From Octopus vulgaris (Eukaryota): a stretch of DNA of 64,000 nt. This document shows, one piece after another, positions 51,112 through 64,000 of the stretch (its first letter is position 1; every line of letters starts with the position of its first letter). The DNA is taken from NCBI GenBank assembly GCA_951406725.2, contig OX597829.1:11408001-11472000 (forward strand), written 5' to 3'. The notes below the pieces were generated by a model. That model had not been told where the DNA came from, ran no database searches, and saw only the letters and a list, made by a program, of their open reading frames with translations. The position numbers were made by a program, and so were the translations under genes.

Positions 51112-53254
51112 TTATTCATAAACCGCAAAGGTAAGTGATAACATCTTGTAAAAAGAATGAAGAAAAAGGCCTAGAAAAAAAAACTAATTTAAGTATAACA
51201 TCCGTTATAATCAAGAAGGAATACTGTACCGACGTCAACTGTAAAACATACTCCAGACTTTGAACAGTCACTAAAGCTGAAGAAAAACTACAAAGTGAGA
51301 AGACATCAGGATAGGATTAGTTTCAAATTTCGGGAGAAGGAATAAATCGATTATATCGACCCCAGTATTCAACTGGTACTTAATAAAATTAATATTGGTT
51401 TCAAATTTTGGCACAAGGCCAGCAGTTTCGGGAGAGGGGGTAAGTCGATTACATCGACCCCAGTACTCAACTGGTACTTATTTTATCGAACCCGTATGGA
51501 TGAAAGGCAAAGTCGACCGCGGCGGAATCTGAACTGAGAACATAAGACGGACGAAATGTTGCTAAGCATTTTGTCCAGCATGTTAATGACTCTGCCGGCT
51601 CGCCATCTTGAGATTGGACTTAATATTGGTGTCAGATCTGGGAAGTCTACAGAAAACACTAGGTAAGTTTTTTTGTTTTTTTTAATATGGAAGCCAAAAT
51701 TAGGATACAAATCTATCTTACCACAGCCTGTAAAATGTTATCTAACCAGAGTGTAAAACGTGCTTAGCAGAAAATTATAAGCCTATTTCTGCCTTAAATA
51801 ATATATATCAGTTTTGCACTTCCTGCCTAAAAAGAAACCCTGTCTCTAAACCAATTCAAATACATGGAGTTGTGTTTGACAACTTATAATAAAAAAAAAA
51901 GTATATTCAATGAAATCTTTTAAAATAGTCAAATTCTTGTATGGCTTAATTGCATAAAGCAGTTTTACTCTTATTCTCCAATGATATCACACAGAGCTAG
52001 TCCATCCTCCTTAGCTTTATAACTGAAAATATAACAACTGCATCTAGTGAAGTAAGCTTTTTGTATGAAATATTTCAAGGAGTAAACTATTTATTTCGAT
52101 ATTAAATTTGCGGTTATTTCTTTTACAAAACTCTGGAAGTTATATAGTAGGATCTGCAACAGCCAGAAAACTAAACTTTGCTGACGTTTGAAAAAAATAG
52201 TAGTTCAAAGTAACATACGAGAACGAAAGTTCAAAGTAATATCATAGCACAACACTGTTAATACGAAGGAGGAGCAAGTTAGATAATACACTCGTAGAAA
52301 TGTGTTTGATAAATGTTCTTGTATCAATGTTCATTAAGTAATTCATAAATAGAAAACGTACTATGCTGGTCGTTTGTGAATTTCAGTTAGAGTAGAATAA
52401 AATGAAAAGAAATTAAATATGCTTTATGAGAAACTGGTAGGAATAAGTTTACTGCTTTGGGTCATCGCTCGGCTAAGCACGCGTCTCCTACTGAGACCAG
52501 ATGAATGAAAAGTTGCATTTCAAGGACGTGTAACCGTAAACTATGATGACTTGTGGCTTGTAATTGTAGTTTAAGCTGCGATAGTTTGTAACTTAGCTTC
52601 AAGGCTTGTAACTGTAAATTAAATATCGTTCATATTATCAGTAATCATGCAACTTGTCGAAATTGTTTAATCCGTGTACGGAAACGGAAAATATGTGGAC
52701 TCCATAACTCAAATTACACTGTACGATACTCGTAGTATCACGGCTGATAACCGAACTGTGTAGCTGGACCAAGCTATGGTATCGCGGTCGATAAGTGAGC
52801 AACATAATTGGTAGTTTCTGGAAAGTTGTTGTACTGATCGCTGTTGGGTAAAATTGGCCGTCATGAACTAGTAGTAGGTAAAAGTACGAATAGTAAGTGA
52901 TTTACTCCATAAGAAGGACCAGCTTAGTAGCACTATAGACCGTTGGGCAACGAAATACACTGGGCCCTAAAGTATATAGTTACTGCCTGCAAGCCACAGC
53001 ATACATAGATTATAACTGAGCCCCTAGACTAGTGAGGCCCTCAAGCAATTAATTATCCAGTGTACCTACACCTTGAGACGGCACTATCCACAAGTAAAGT
53101 AAACAACCTGTCTGTCAATCTGTGCAGAGGCAAAATGTAAACCGATTGCTTAAATCTTCTGTTTTGAATGGTCCGTTTTCTGGGTCAATTCATGTCTTCT
53201 ACTTTCTTGAATTTCAGAACGACAGTAACGCGGAGTGTTCAGTATAGGACATGA
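51112..53254 (+). other. Candidate host-gene micro-exons (51112-51130, 51636-51662) and terminal exon from 53218
   Basis: TTTCTCCTCAG|19 nt|GTAAGT, TCAG|27 nt|GTAAGT and TTTCTTGAATTTCAG|. The spliced product stays open in two frames. Confidence 0.3.
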
Positions 53255-53352
53255 AGAGTTCGAATTTACATCATCAAACCTTCTCCGTCATGCAAAGGGT
53301 AGCCATAACACAAGCTGCAAAACTCTGTCTTTCTTTCCTTATTTGTTTTTAC

Positions 53353-53432
<80 letters not shown>

Positions 53433-53658
53433 GTTGGACATTTTTCTTGCTTTTTTTGCAGGAATGTAATGGATGGTACTCACCTTTACTACATAAGCAA
53501 ATTATCTTGACAATATTTGACGTTCCTTTTCTGCTACTCAGTTAAATAAGCCACAAGTCATATATTTGTTTGCAGGTTCACATCCTTCTCACATCCCAAA
53601 TATAGTTATCCATTTGAATATAAACGTTTGCACCACAGATGCGTACATACGTACTGCA

Positions 53659-53698
<40 letters not shown>

Positions 53699-53870
53699 CT
53701 CACACATGTGTACTTATACACAAACATACACACACTCAAAGAGGTATATACATTCATGAATATACACGTATCTTAAGTCAGTGTTGTTTATACATTAAAA
53801 TATAAGACTTGATGAAGCTGCTGTGCATATAGCCCGAAAAATATTGATAAGGGAAATATATTTCCATTAA

Positions 53871-54020
53871 TCGCTGAAGAGGTCACAGGATGTGTGACGA
53901 AAGATTTTCAGAAAGAGGCGATAAAATAAGAACAATAATGAATCTGAAGTGAAGAATGAATATATAGTGAGTGTGTTTATTTGGCAAAAAAAAATGACCG
54001 TCCCGAAATATATCAATAGA
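53871..54020 (+). mobile_element. Solo Naiad-related pLTR end with a hammerhead core
   Basis: CTGAAGA-G-GTCACA(GGATG)TGTGAC-GAAA, then ATATATAGTG.GTGTGTTT...AAAATGACC.T.CCGAAATATA as at 28990-29045 and 29650-29705. Confidence 0.6.
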
Positions 54021-54538
54021 AAAACAATGTTATAACATTTATAAACAAGATCTATCCTACCCTAGCATTCTGAATCACTCGCTTCTTTCAAAATAGTCTT
54101 ATGAAATACTAAGAGATGATCTTTAGGTAGGAGCAGAAAGACTGTCTAATCGATGATCCTGAAATTGAACCATATCGATTTCAAGATGGAAGGACACTTT
54201 TTATGATACAATCCCTTTTACACAAAGTCTGAATTTAAGATGATGAAATGGTCATAGCTAGAATGCCTTTAAACATAGGTTTGTATTATCAAGGTTGATC
54301 AAAACTAAAGCAAAAACAACTTTGAAGCGATGTTACTTGTCAGAAACGAATCTTTTAATTCACTTTGAATTTAACTAATTTTGGATCGCCTTGAAAACAT
54401 CGTGTTAACATGTATTTTCGAATATATAAATTTCAATATTTTCTATATCTAGATATGTCGATACAATAGAAACGATTGTTGGCCTTGTAACATGCGATTT
54501 TCTCAATCCGTATTTTATAAATATATATATATATATAC

Positions 54539-54607
<69 letters not shown>

Positions 54608-54609
<2 letters not shown>

Positions 54610-55945
54610 TCCTTAGCAGTTCCAGTTGTTACTTATAGCTACAATGTGTTGAACTGGAATATGAGTGAAGTAAAGAATATAGATAGAAAAATACGCAAGC
54701 TGCTGAGTTGTAATAGGATGCACCACCCAAAGGCAGACGTAGATCGCCTTTACCTTCCCAGAGCCCAAGGAGGTCGAGGCCTGATCCAATTTGAACTAGC
54801 TTACAAAACAACCACAATTGGACTGGCCAAATATCTTGAAATAACGAATGACTAGATGCTGAAGCTCGTGGAAAATCACGAGAGACGAAAGAAGCTTCAT
54901 TCTATCATAAAGGAAAGCAAAACATTTGCTGAGGGAAGTACGGCAACTATTGTTGCAAAGAAGGTGAAAATAATGGCAACGAAAAAAGCGCACGAGCAAT
55001 TGGCTGATAGGTGGGAGGAGAAACCTCTGCACGGCAAATATGTGGCCCGCAGCAAACAAGCTGATGTTGACCAGAAGCAAACCCATCAGTGGCTACGGAG
55101 TTCAGGGCTAAAAGCAGAGAGCGAAGGTTTCATCCTGGCTGCTCAAGATCAAAGCCTATTAACCCGGAACTACCAGGCCAATGTGATGAAAAATGGAGCA
55201 GACCCAAAATGCCGATTCTGCAACGACATGATTGAAACAGTGGACCACCTAATCTCTGAATGTAAAGTCTTAGCACCAGTGGAGTATAAATTAAGACATG
55301 ACAGAGTTGGCCAATATCTACACTGGCTAATAAGTCGCCATTACAATATCAAAACTGCCGACAAGTGGTATAATCACCACCCTGAGGCTGTAACTGAAGG
55401 AGAAAATGTGACCATTCTGTGGGACTTTCCAGTACATACAGACCGAACCATCAAGGCCAATAAACCAGATATTGTTGTGAAAGACCAAAACAATAAAGTT
55501 TGCTTATTGATCGACATGAGCATCCCCTGTGATCATAATATCTCAGCGAAAGCGTTTGACAAGCTCAGAAAATATAAAGACCTACTCATTGAAATTGAGA
55601 AAATGTGGCATCTCAAGGCGGTTACAATACCAGTGATCGTAGGAGCACTAGGAATGATCAAGAAGGGAATCGAAAATTATATGAGAATGATCCCTGGCTT
55701 ACCATCCCTGCAAGAAGTGCAAAAGATTGTCTTAACTGGTACATCACATGTGTTGAGAAGAGCATCGTCGCTGTGAGAGCTGTTACTGCCCATGTATTTT
55801 AATTTAACCTTAAAAAAATTTTTTTTTTTAAATGAACGAACTATTTGAGTTTGGTTTAATGGCCTACCAATGTATACTATGAGTTTCTTTACCCTAGGAG
55901 TCGGGAAGATGCTCGGCAAGAAATGGAAGCAAAATTGAAAGAAGA
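54608..55945 (+). mobile_element. R4/Dong element, 5'-truncated (family 2), near-identical to 60598-61940
   Basis: ZnF CRFC...ETVDHL..C, RHD, KPD..IDM RLE. (TAA)n on both sides. Confidence 0.9.
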
Positions 55946-55969
55946 AAAAAAAAGTAATAATAATAATAC

Positions 55970-56027
<58 letters not shown>

Positions 56028-56039
56028 GTAATAATAAAA

Positions 56040-57964
56040 TAGCAAAAAAAGCACCTACTCTGCAAAACTTTTTGTCTGTAAGTATGAGATCATGGAGAAC
56101 CACGCTAACTTTGAACAGTGACGATGAATCTCTAAAAGCTAGTGATGTAAAAATTTCATGTGGCATTTTCCAGGGTGACTCACTATCTTTGCTCAATGAC
56201 GCAGAGTACGGATATAAAATGTTGGATAAAAATATAAATCATCTCATTTACATGGATGATTTAAAGCTCTTTGGAAAAAATGTCCAACAACTCAAGGGCT
56301 TACTAACGATTGTTAAACAATTCAGCGATGACATCAGAATGCAATTTGGCCTCGATAAATGTGCAAACGCTACCTTTATCAAAGGAAAAATGACAGAAAC
56401 ATCTAACGTTAACCTTGACCAGCGGAATGTCGTAAAAGAATTAGACCCAGCGGAGAGCTACAAGTAGCCAGGGATAATTGGAGGGGACGGAATAAGGCAT
56501 TCAGTGATGAAGGAAAGGATCAGGAGAGAATGTTATCGCAGAGTAAGAGCAATACTCAAGACAGAGCTGAATGCGAGAAACAGGATCGAAGCGATCAATG
56601 CTTTAGCCATACCAGTCGTGACTTACAGCTTCAATATCGTTAACTGGTCAATTACTGAAATATGTAATTTTGACAGAAAAATACGAAAACTGTTGACAAG
56701 GCATAGAATGCACCACCCTAAGGGAGATATAGAACGACTTTATCTGCCAAGAAAAGAGGGAGGCCGTGGACTTTTACAACTGGCAATAACAATGAAGATT
56801 GCTACAATTGGCCTAGACACCTAACTGAAAATCTCTGAGGACTGGATGTTAAAACTTGTCTCAAAACATGAAAACAAGAAAGCACCCTATTTAGTAACAT
56901 AACAGGCAAAGGAATATCTAAGTGAATTCCGAATACAACCAATTTCGGAATTAGAGATAGATATACAAGAAACAAGCACAGAAAAAGCTAAGCGCATGAA
57001 AACCCGTGCTAAAACTGTTGCCTTAGATATTCTGAATGATAAATGGCAAGAAAAACCTCTCTATGGCAAATACTCAAAGAGAGCGAATAATGCAGATGTT
57101 GACAAAGCCCTGACCCATCAATGGCTAATGGCCTCTGACTTAAAATCTGAAACAGAAGGGTTTATCATAGAAGCTCTTGTTCAATGCCTACCAACAAGAA
57201 ACTACCAGGCCAACATATTAAAGAACGGCAGTAGCCCAACATGTCGTGTACGTCAACAACAAAATGAAACCATTGATCATGTTGTCTCCAAGTGCAGGCT
57301 TCTAGCGCCTACAGAGTATCTCAACAGGCATGATAGAGCTGCACAATATATTCACTGGGTAATCTGCAAAAACCTGGATTTGCCCCATCATAAAAACTGG
57401 TGGGAACACAAACCACCTCCAGTGCTTGAAAATGACCACATCTCACTCCTCTGGAACTTCACCATTCAAACTGACAGAAAGATAGATGCAAATAGGCCAG
57501 ACATCATATTGAAAGACTTCAGACAAAGAATATGCCTCCTCGTTGATATGACTGTCCCAATCGATATAAACGTATCTGTCTAAACCTACCTGAAACTGAG
57601 CAAATATAAAGATCTGGAAATAGAAATCAGCAAAATGTGGAACCTGAAGACTAAAACAACACCTGTTGTCATAGGTGCCCTGGGAATGATAGCAAAAGGA
57701 GCTGATTGCTACCTAACCCAAAATGGAAACCCAAAATGGCAGAAATTCAAAAGATAGTGCTCATGGGAACTGCTCATATCCTACGCAAAATACTTTCTAT
57801 GTAATCTCAAGTTTTAAAACAAACATAATTTTCGTGTGGTTTTTAGACATTCACTAGTACAACACTAAGTGCAAAACCAAAAATATGGTACCCTAGGCAT
57901 AACACCAACATGAACTTCCAACTTGTTGTCTCTTGAGGTCTCTGGACTTGGAGCCAGCTTGTGC

Positions 57965-57965
<1 letters not shown>
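56040..57965 (+). mobile_element. R4/Dong element, 5'-truncated and degenerate (family 3)
   Basis: GIFQGDSLS, YMDDLK, FGLDKC, RHDR and RPDI with several stops. (TAA)n flanks. Confidence 0.88.
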
Positions 57966-58009
<44 letters not shown>

Positions 58010-58019
58010 TAACAATAAC

Positions 58020-58064
<45 letters not shown>

Positions 58065-61000
58065 TGTAACGGCAATGATGGCCGTCTCCCCACGAGTCAA
58101 TCAAAGCTCAAAAATGATAACATTATCGTAGCACCAAAATGTTTTTGGAAACTAAAAGGAAAACTAAATCAGTATACCAAATCGCTTGTCCTATGGTTAA
58201 TCTGGAAGCGCGTCCCCCAGTAAAGAGCCAGCCTGGGATCGAAAAGTCATCAACTGGCACAAACTCTTCTCCGAATACGGACATGGATGGTCACTTGAAC
58301 GGGAAATCCCCCAACTCGAGCCCTCCAAGTTCACCACCACAACCACCACAGAAAGAAAAATGTAAGCGGAACAAATGAACCCGAGAAGAGTATAAAGAAG
58401 TAATATACGCTTATTACTATGCATTAGGTAGGCCATCTCAAGAGAGACACACCGCAAACTCTTACAGTATATGGAGAACACGGAATCAAGACAGTAGGCC
58501 CTATTTGGACGAGAACAAATTAGCAAATGTGAGGAGGGATATCCTTAGAAATAACAGACTCACAGACAGTGAAATAAGCGCGATCAAGTACGCAACGGAA
58601 AATAACATAAATATAAGACACAAAGGAAATGAAGAATCAGATGAACAGTATAGCCCGCCACGAGGCTTAATTGAAAGACTGCCATCTGACCAAAGTACGC
58701 AAAGGCCTGAAGATACAAGAAATTCTATTGTACCTGTTAAAGATAGGCCAGGAAAACGATAAAACAACAGTAACTGAAGATCTCGCATTTGCTGAAGAAC
58801 ACAGAGAGTCTATGGCAGAAATGAGGCAGAAAATCTTGAATACGCTTGAAGTTGTAAGACATACAAGTATGAATGATAGAGAACCACTTCATAAACTCTC
58901 AAATACAAACCAAAATAAAAAACAAATCCAAATTGGTAACTATATAACAAATGAAATAATACAAGAATTAAAACCTGATTTTACTGAGTTAAATGAAATT
59001 ATTTACGCTTCTGCTAGGGCAATTGAAACCAGCTGTATGCCCCCGAAAAAACAAAGAAAACCAAACCTGGGAAGAAATCAAACCTGGAGAAGTAAAATTG
59101 AAAAAGAGATTGAATTTATGAGAGGGGAAATATCAATATTAAATGAACTAATATGTGGAAATGATGTAAGATCCAGATGAAGAGAAGATTTGGATCCTCA
59201 CCAAGAGAAGAACTGATATCAATAAAAGAAACGCTGAAACAAAAAGTCCAAGCAAAAGCCCAAAGAATACGAAGATTTGAGAAGAGAAACATGTTTTACA
59301 AGCAAAATAAGCTGTTCACATCCAATGCCAAAAACTTCTACAGAGAAATAGGGAAGGAGAAAGTAACCTTCCCATGGAAGAAGTTCAAAACTTTTGGAAA
59401 AGGATTTGGAGTGACAAGAAGACGTATAACATAAATGCAGACTGGATTATACAAACTGAAGGATCCTACCAAAATTTACAACAACAAGCATGGGAAGACA
59501 TCACAATAGCAGACCTAAGAAAGGCATTCACGAAGGCCCATAATTGGAAATCCCCCGATAAAGATAGGGTGCCGAATTTCTGGCTCGCATCGCTCCCATG
59601 CGCACACGGTAAGCTAGTTCAGCTGCTCAATGGAATTATGAGAGACCCAAAGAAATCACCTGAATGGTTAGCAAGTGGTATTACTTACCTACTCCCAAAG
59701 AATAACGAAACCAACCTTCCAAAAAACTATCGGCCTATAACCTGTCTATCCACCATGTATAAAATCCTAACATCTATCCTGGCGGAGAAAACATATGCAT
59801 TCATGGAGAAGAACGATATTTTCCCCATTGAACAAAAAGGGTGCCGCCGAGGCTCTTACGGATGCAAAGATCAACTGCTAATTAATCGTATGATCCTTGA
59901 GAACTGTCACAACAAGCGCAGAAATCTCAGCTCCGCATGGATTGACTATAAAAAGGCCTTCGACGGTATACCGCATCCATGGATCTTGAGATCGCTGGAC
60001 ATCTTCAAAATTTCCCCCGTGATTTCAAACTTCCTGAAGCACAATATGTCGTTGTGGAATACGAATCTCCAATTATACCACTCTAATGGAGTACTTGCCT
60101 CAGAAAATATAAACATCAACTGTGGAATTTTTCAAGGTGACTCACTTTCACCTTTAATATTCTGCATAGCTCTAATACCCCTTACAAGTGAATTAAACAG
60201 AACGGGGTATGGGTATAAAATTGCCAATAAAAAAATAAGCCATCTATTTTATATGGATGACTTAAAACTCTATGGTAAAGACAATAATGAACTTGAAGGC
60301 CTATTGCGCACTGAGAAACCATTCAGCAATGACATCGGGATGGAGTTTGGACTTGAGAAGTGTGCCAAGGCCACTTTCCAGAAAGGGAAAGTGAAGACCA
60401 CAAATTCAGTCGTGTTAGATGTTGACACAGTCATAAGAGAGCTTGAGCAAGAACAAACATACAAATATTTAGTGATAAATGAAGGCTCTGGTATTCAGCA
60501 TGCAAGCATGAAAGAGAAGATCAGGAAGGAATGTTATAGGAGAGTTCGTGCAGTCCTGAAATCTGAACTAAATTCACGTAACAAGGTGTTAGCTATAAAT
60601 TCCTTAGCAGTTCCAGTTGTTACTTATAGCTACAATGTGTTGAACTGGAATATGAGTGAAGTAAAGAATATAGATAGGAAAATACGCAAGCTGCTGAGTT
60701 GTAATAGGATGCACCACCCAAAGGCAGACGTAGATCGCCTTTACCTTCCCAGAGCCCAAGGAGGTCGAGGCCTGATCCAATTTGAACTAGCTTACAAAAC
60801 AACCACAATTGGACTGGCCAAATATCTTGAAATAACGAATAACTAGATGCTGAAGCTCGTGGAAAATCACGAGAGACGAAAGAAGCTTCATTCTATCATA
60901 AAGGAAAGCAAAACATTTGCTGAGGGAAGTACGGCAACTATTGTTGCAAAGAAGGTGAAAATAATGGCAACGAAAAAAGCGCACGAGCAATTGGCTGATA

Positions 61001-61945
61001 GGTGGGAGGAGAAACCTCTGCACGGCAAATATGTGGCCCGCAGCAAACAAGCTGATGTTGACCAGAAGCAAACCCATCAGTGGCTACGGAGTTCAGGGCT
61101 AAAAGCAGAGAGCGAAGGTTTCATCCTGGCTGCTCAAGATCAAAGCCTATTAACCCGGAACTACCAGGCCAATGTGATGAAAAATGGAGCAGACCCAAAA
61201 TGCCGATTCTGCAACGACATGATTGAAACAGTGGACCACCTAATCTCTGAATGTAAAGTCTTAGCACCAGTGGAGTATAAATTAAGACATGACAGAGTTG
61301 GCCAATATCTACACTGGCTAATAAGTCGCCATTACAATATCAAAACTGCCGACAAGTGGTATAATCACCACCCTGAGGCTGTAACTGAAGGAGAAAATGT
61401 GACCATTCTGTGGGACTTTCCAGTACATACAGACCGAACCATCAAGGCCAATAAACCAGATATTGTTGTGAAAGACCAAAACAATAAAGTTTGCTTATTG
61501 ATCGACATGAGCATCCCCTGTGATCATAGTATCTCAGCGAAAGAGTTTGACAAGCTCAGAAAATATAAAGACCTACTCATTGAAATTGAGAAAATGTGGC
61601 ATCTCAAGGCGGTTACAATACCAGTGATCGTAGGAGCACTAGGAATGATCAAGAAGGGAACCGAAAATTATATGAGAATGATCCCTGGCTTACCATCCCT
61701 GCAAGAAGTGCAAAAGATTGTCTTAACTGGTACATCACATGTATTGAGAAGAGTATTGTCGATGTGAGAACTGTTGCTGCTCATGTATTTTAATTTAACT
61801 TTAAAAAAAAATTTTAAAAATGAACGAACTATTGAGTTTGGTTTAATGGCCTACCAATGTATACTATGAGTTTCTTTGCCCTAGGAGTCGGGAAGACACT
61901 CGGCAAGAAATGGAAGCAGATTTGAAAGAAGAAAAAAATAATAAT
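58065..61945 (+). mobile_element. R4/Dong element, near full length (family 2), with frameshifts and stops
   Basis: N-terminal K*TREEYKEVIYAYY...W....LANVRRDI region, RT (WKSP..D, YRPITCL, YMDD), ZnF and RLE. Starts after (TAA)n. Confidence 0.92.
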
Positions 61946-62068
61946 TTTCTTATGAAAGTGAAATAGTTAGTTTTAACTGCTATTTCTAAATTTCGGTATG
62001 TGGTGAAGCAAATTTTTGCTGAACCCTAATTATAATTATACTCATAATTATAGAATTTTATATATATA

Positions 62069-62160
62069 TGAAAGCCGTTGGGTAAAAACGCCACAAGCAG
62101 TTAACGATAATAAAATTATGAGCTTACACACACAATTAAAGATGAGATTTTCTCTATCAG

Positions 62161-62206
<46 letters not shown>

Positions 62207-62232
62207 CTGATAGAGAAAATCTCATCTTTAAT

Positions 62233-62280
<48 letters not shown>

Positions 62281-62378
62281 CTGATAGAGAAAATCTCATC
62301 TTTAATTGTGTGTGTGTGTGTAAGCTCATAATTTTATTATTGTTAACTGCTTGTGGCGTTTTTACCCAACGGCTTTCA
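62069..62378. repeat. Tail-to-tail inverted repeat around (TA)n with a partial extra copy
   Basis: 62069-62162 is the reverse complement of 62279-62378. 62205-62250 duplicates the start of the right arm. Confidence 0.85.
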
Positions 62379-63537
62379 AAAGACCTCTTTTTGAAGCCGT
62401 GAGAAGTAAACACCACCACCAACACCTGTGTCGCTTTTTGCAAAAGACAGTTCCACAGTTTTCTTAATTTTTTTATTCACATTCCATTACATATCCCTAT
62501 ACAGAGCAAGAATCAAATATTTTTTAGCGGTGGATATGAAAACTTTACCTACAGAAGATGCTGAGAATGCATTGAAGAAGCAGAAAATATCACTTCTATT
62601 ATTTTTGTGGATGGGTAACATCGTTTCGAGAATGACCATGAAATGTTATTACGTCATCAAAGGGTTAAAAGGATTGAAAGATTTATACACCATAAGCTAT
62701 GATGGTGGATCATAGAGACAAACCTGATGAGCTCAACGGTAAATCAAGTTGGGAGAATTAATCATTCTACATATCATACACTATGATAGATTTGAGCTCA
62801 GCTCTAAAACTGACAGAAAATAGCAGTCAAATCTTCTTCAAATAAGACCTTACTGGTTTTAAAAAGCGAAAACTAGATAATACGATCCTATAAGACCTGT
62901 ACCACGAAAAAATATTGAATGGTTATGACTGGAATGCTTTTGATCTAATCAATTATGCTGAATTTGTGCGTCGAATAAAAACTTTGAGCATATTTGCTCT
63001 GACTTTCTAGTCTCTAGATTCAGATTTCAACGAGACCCACTTTGCTTCTCGTCCTTTTGGAGTTGATAAATAAAGTGTTAACCCAGGGTAGTGGTTTAGC
63101 AGAAATGTTAAAGCGGTGGACGAAATGCCTTTCGGTGTTTGTTCTGGCTCTTTCTGTTCTGGGTTCAAAGCATTGCTTAGAGTGACATCACAGCGGAGTA
63201 ATTTCTGGATAGACAAACAAAATATAAACAAAGATACTGAACTCAAAACAATTTATACTAAACGGGGAAAAACTAAGAGCAGTAAGTGGTCAATAGATCA
63301 GGATAATGCTGCTGCTGCTGCTGCTACTGCTGACGATGATGATGATAAAGATGAGGATGAGTAGATTCTTGCCTGCTAAATACAACAATGAGATATGCCT
63401 TCAACTATTACACACACACATTGACACTCATACACATATATACATACACAAACGTATGCATGTATGCATATTCGTCATGATAGCTCGCTAGCCACTAAAC
63501 CCTTTTCTATTTTCTCTCCCTGTTTATTTCTGTGTCC

Positions 63538-63573
63538 CTTTCTGTCGAAGAGTGTAGGCTCGAAACGTAAAAG
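63538..63573 (+). ncRNA. Hammerhead-like motif with A6U core (CTGTCGA); truncated sister at about 43960-44058(-)
   Basis: CTTT-CTGTCGA-A-GAGT(GTAG)GCTC-GAAA-CG-TA-AAAG. Confidence 0.55.
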
Positions 63574-63662
63574 ATCCTCTCACTTCCCGAACGTTAAACT
63601 AATACATCTGTTTGTTGTTTACACACCCGTCTTCGTCTTTTTGGGGTTTTTTTTACAAATTC

Positions 63663-63756
<94 letters not shown>

Positions 63757-64000
63757 TGTATGTATGTATGTATGTATGCATGTATTTTATAGTCGAGTGG
63801 ACGGGAATACTTGAGGGGCAGGGGCACTTAATACGCTGGTTCTAATTAGCTGCTGTTGTGTGTCTTTAATTATATTGTTACACAAACAGTTCTGGACTTA
63901 GCTAATGCACATGCGATCTCAGCGGTTTATTTAAAGTACTAAAAAGATTATAAATTTGAAATACAATAATATATTTCGTGAAAAAATAATAATCTTAAAA

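Noticed and set aside
58062-58135. Possible HDV-like ribozyme at the 5' end of the near-full-length Dong element (CTCCCCACGAG)
   Set aside because: I could not build convincing P1, P1.1 and P2 pairings by eye; this needs a descriptor search.

Overview
Eukaryotic, repeat-saturated DNA with no recognisable complete host gene. An octopus-like cephalopod genome is inferred from the SINE families and the extreme microsatellite load. Main contents: (1) a very young two-ORF Penelope-like element (PLE; RT plus C-terminal GIY-YIG) present as a head-to-head inverted pair (1-9110); (2) a near-complete Naiad-type PLE (about 25500-29050) and three PLE remnants; (3) four R4/Dong-type RT-RLE retrotransposons from three families, all in (TAA)n tracts; (4) RTE LINE relics, Tc1/mariner relics, non-autonomous Helitrons and several tRNA-SINE families; (5) a gag-like ORF-only element in partial tandem with a hammerhead-bearing structured RNA module (21547-25265). 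Reading by eye gives about 17 hammerhead-ribozyme motifs. Several have non-canonical cores, including compensatory U3-A8 and G3-C8 swaps of the C3-G8 pair and U4C and A6U variants. Other points of interest: a probable U_UUU_UUA -1 frameshift between PLE ORF1 and RT, a 3' tail shared by SINEs and ORF-only elements, a twin-primed RTE insertion, and a candidate chain of host micro-exons. All calls were made by eye and no searches or folding were run.
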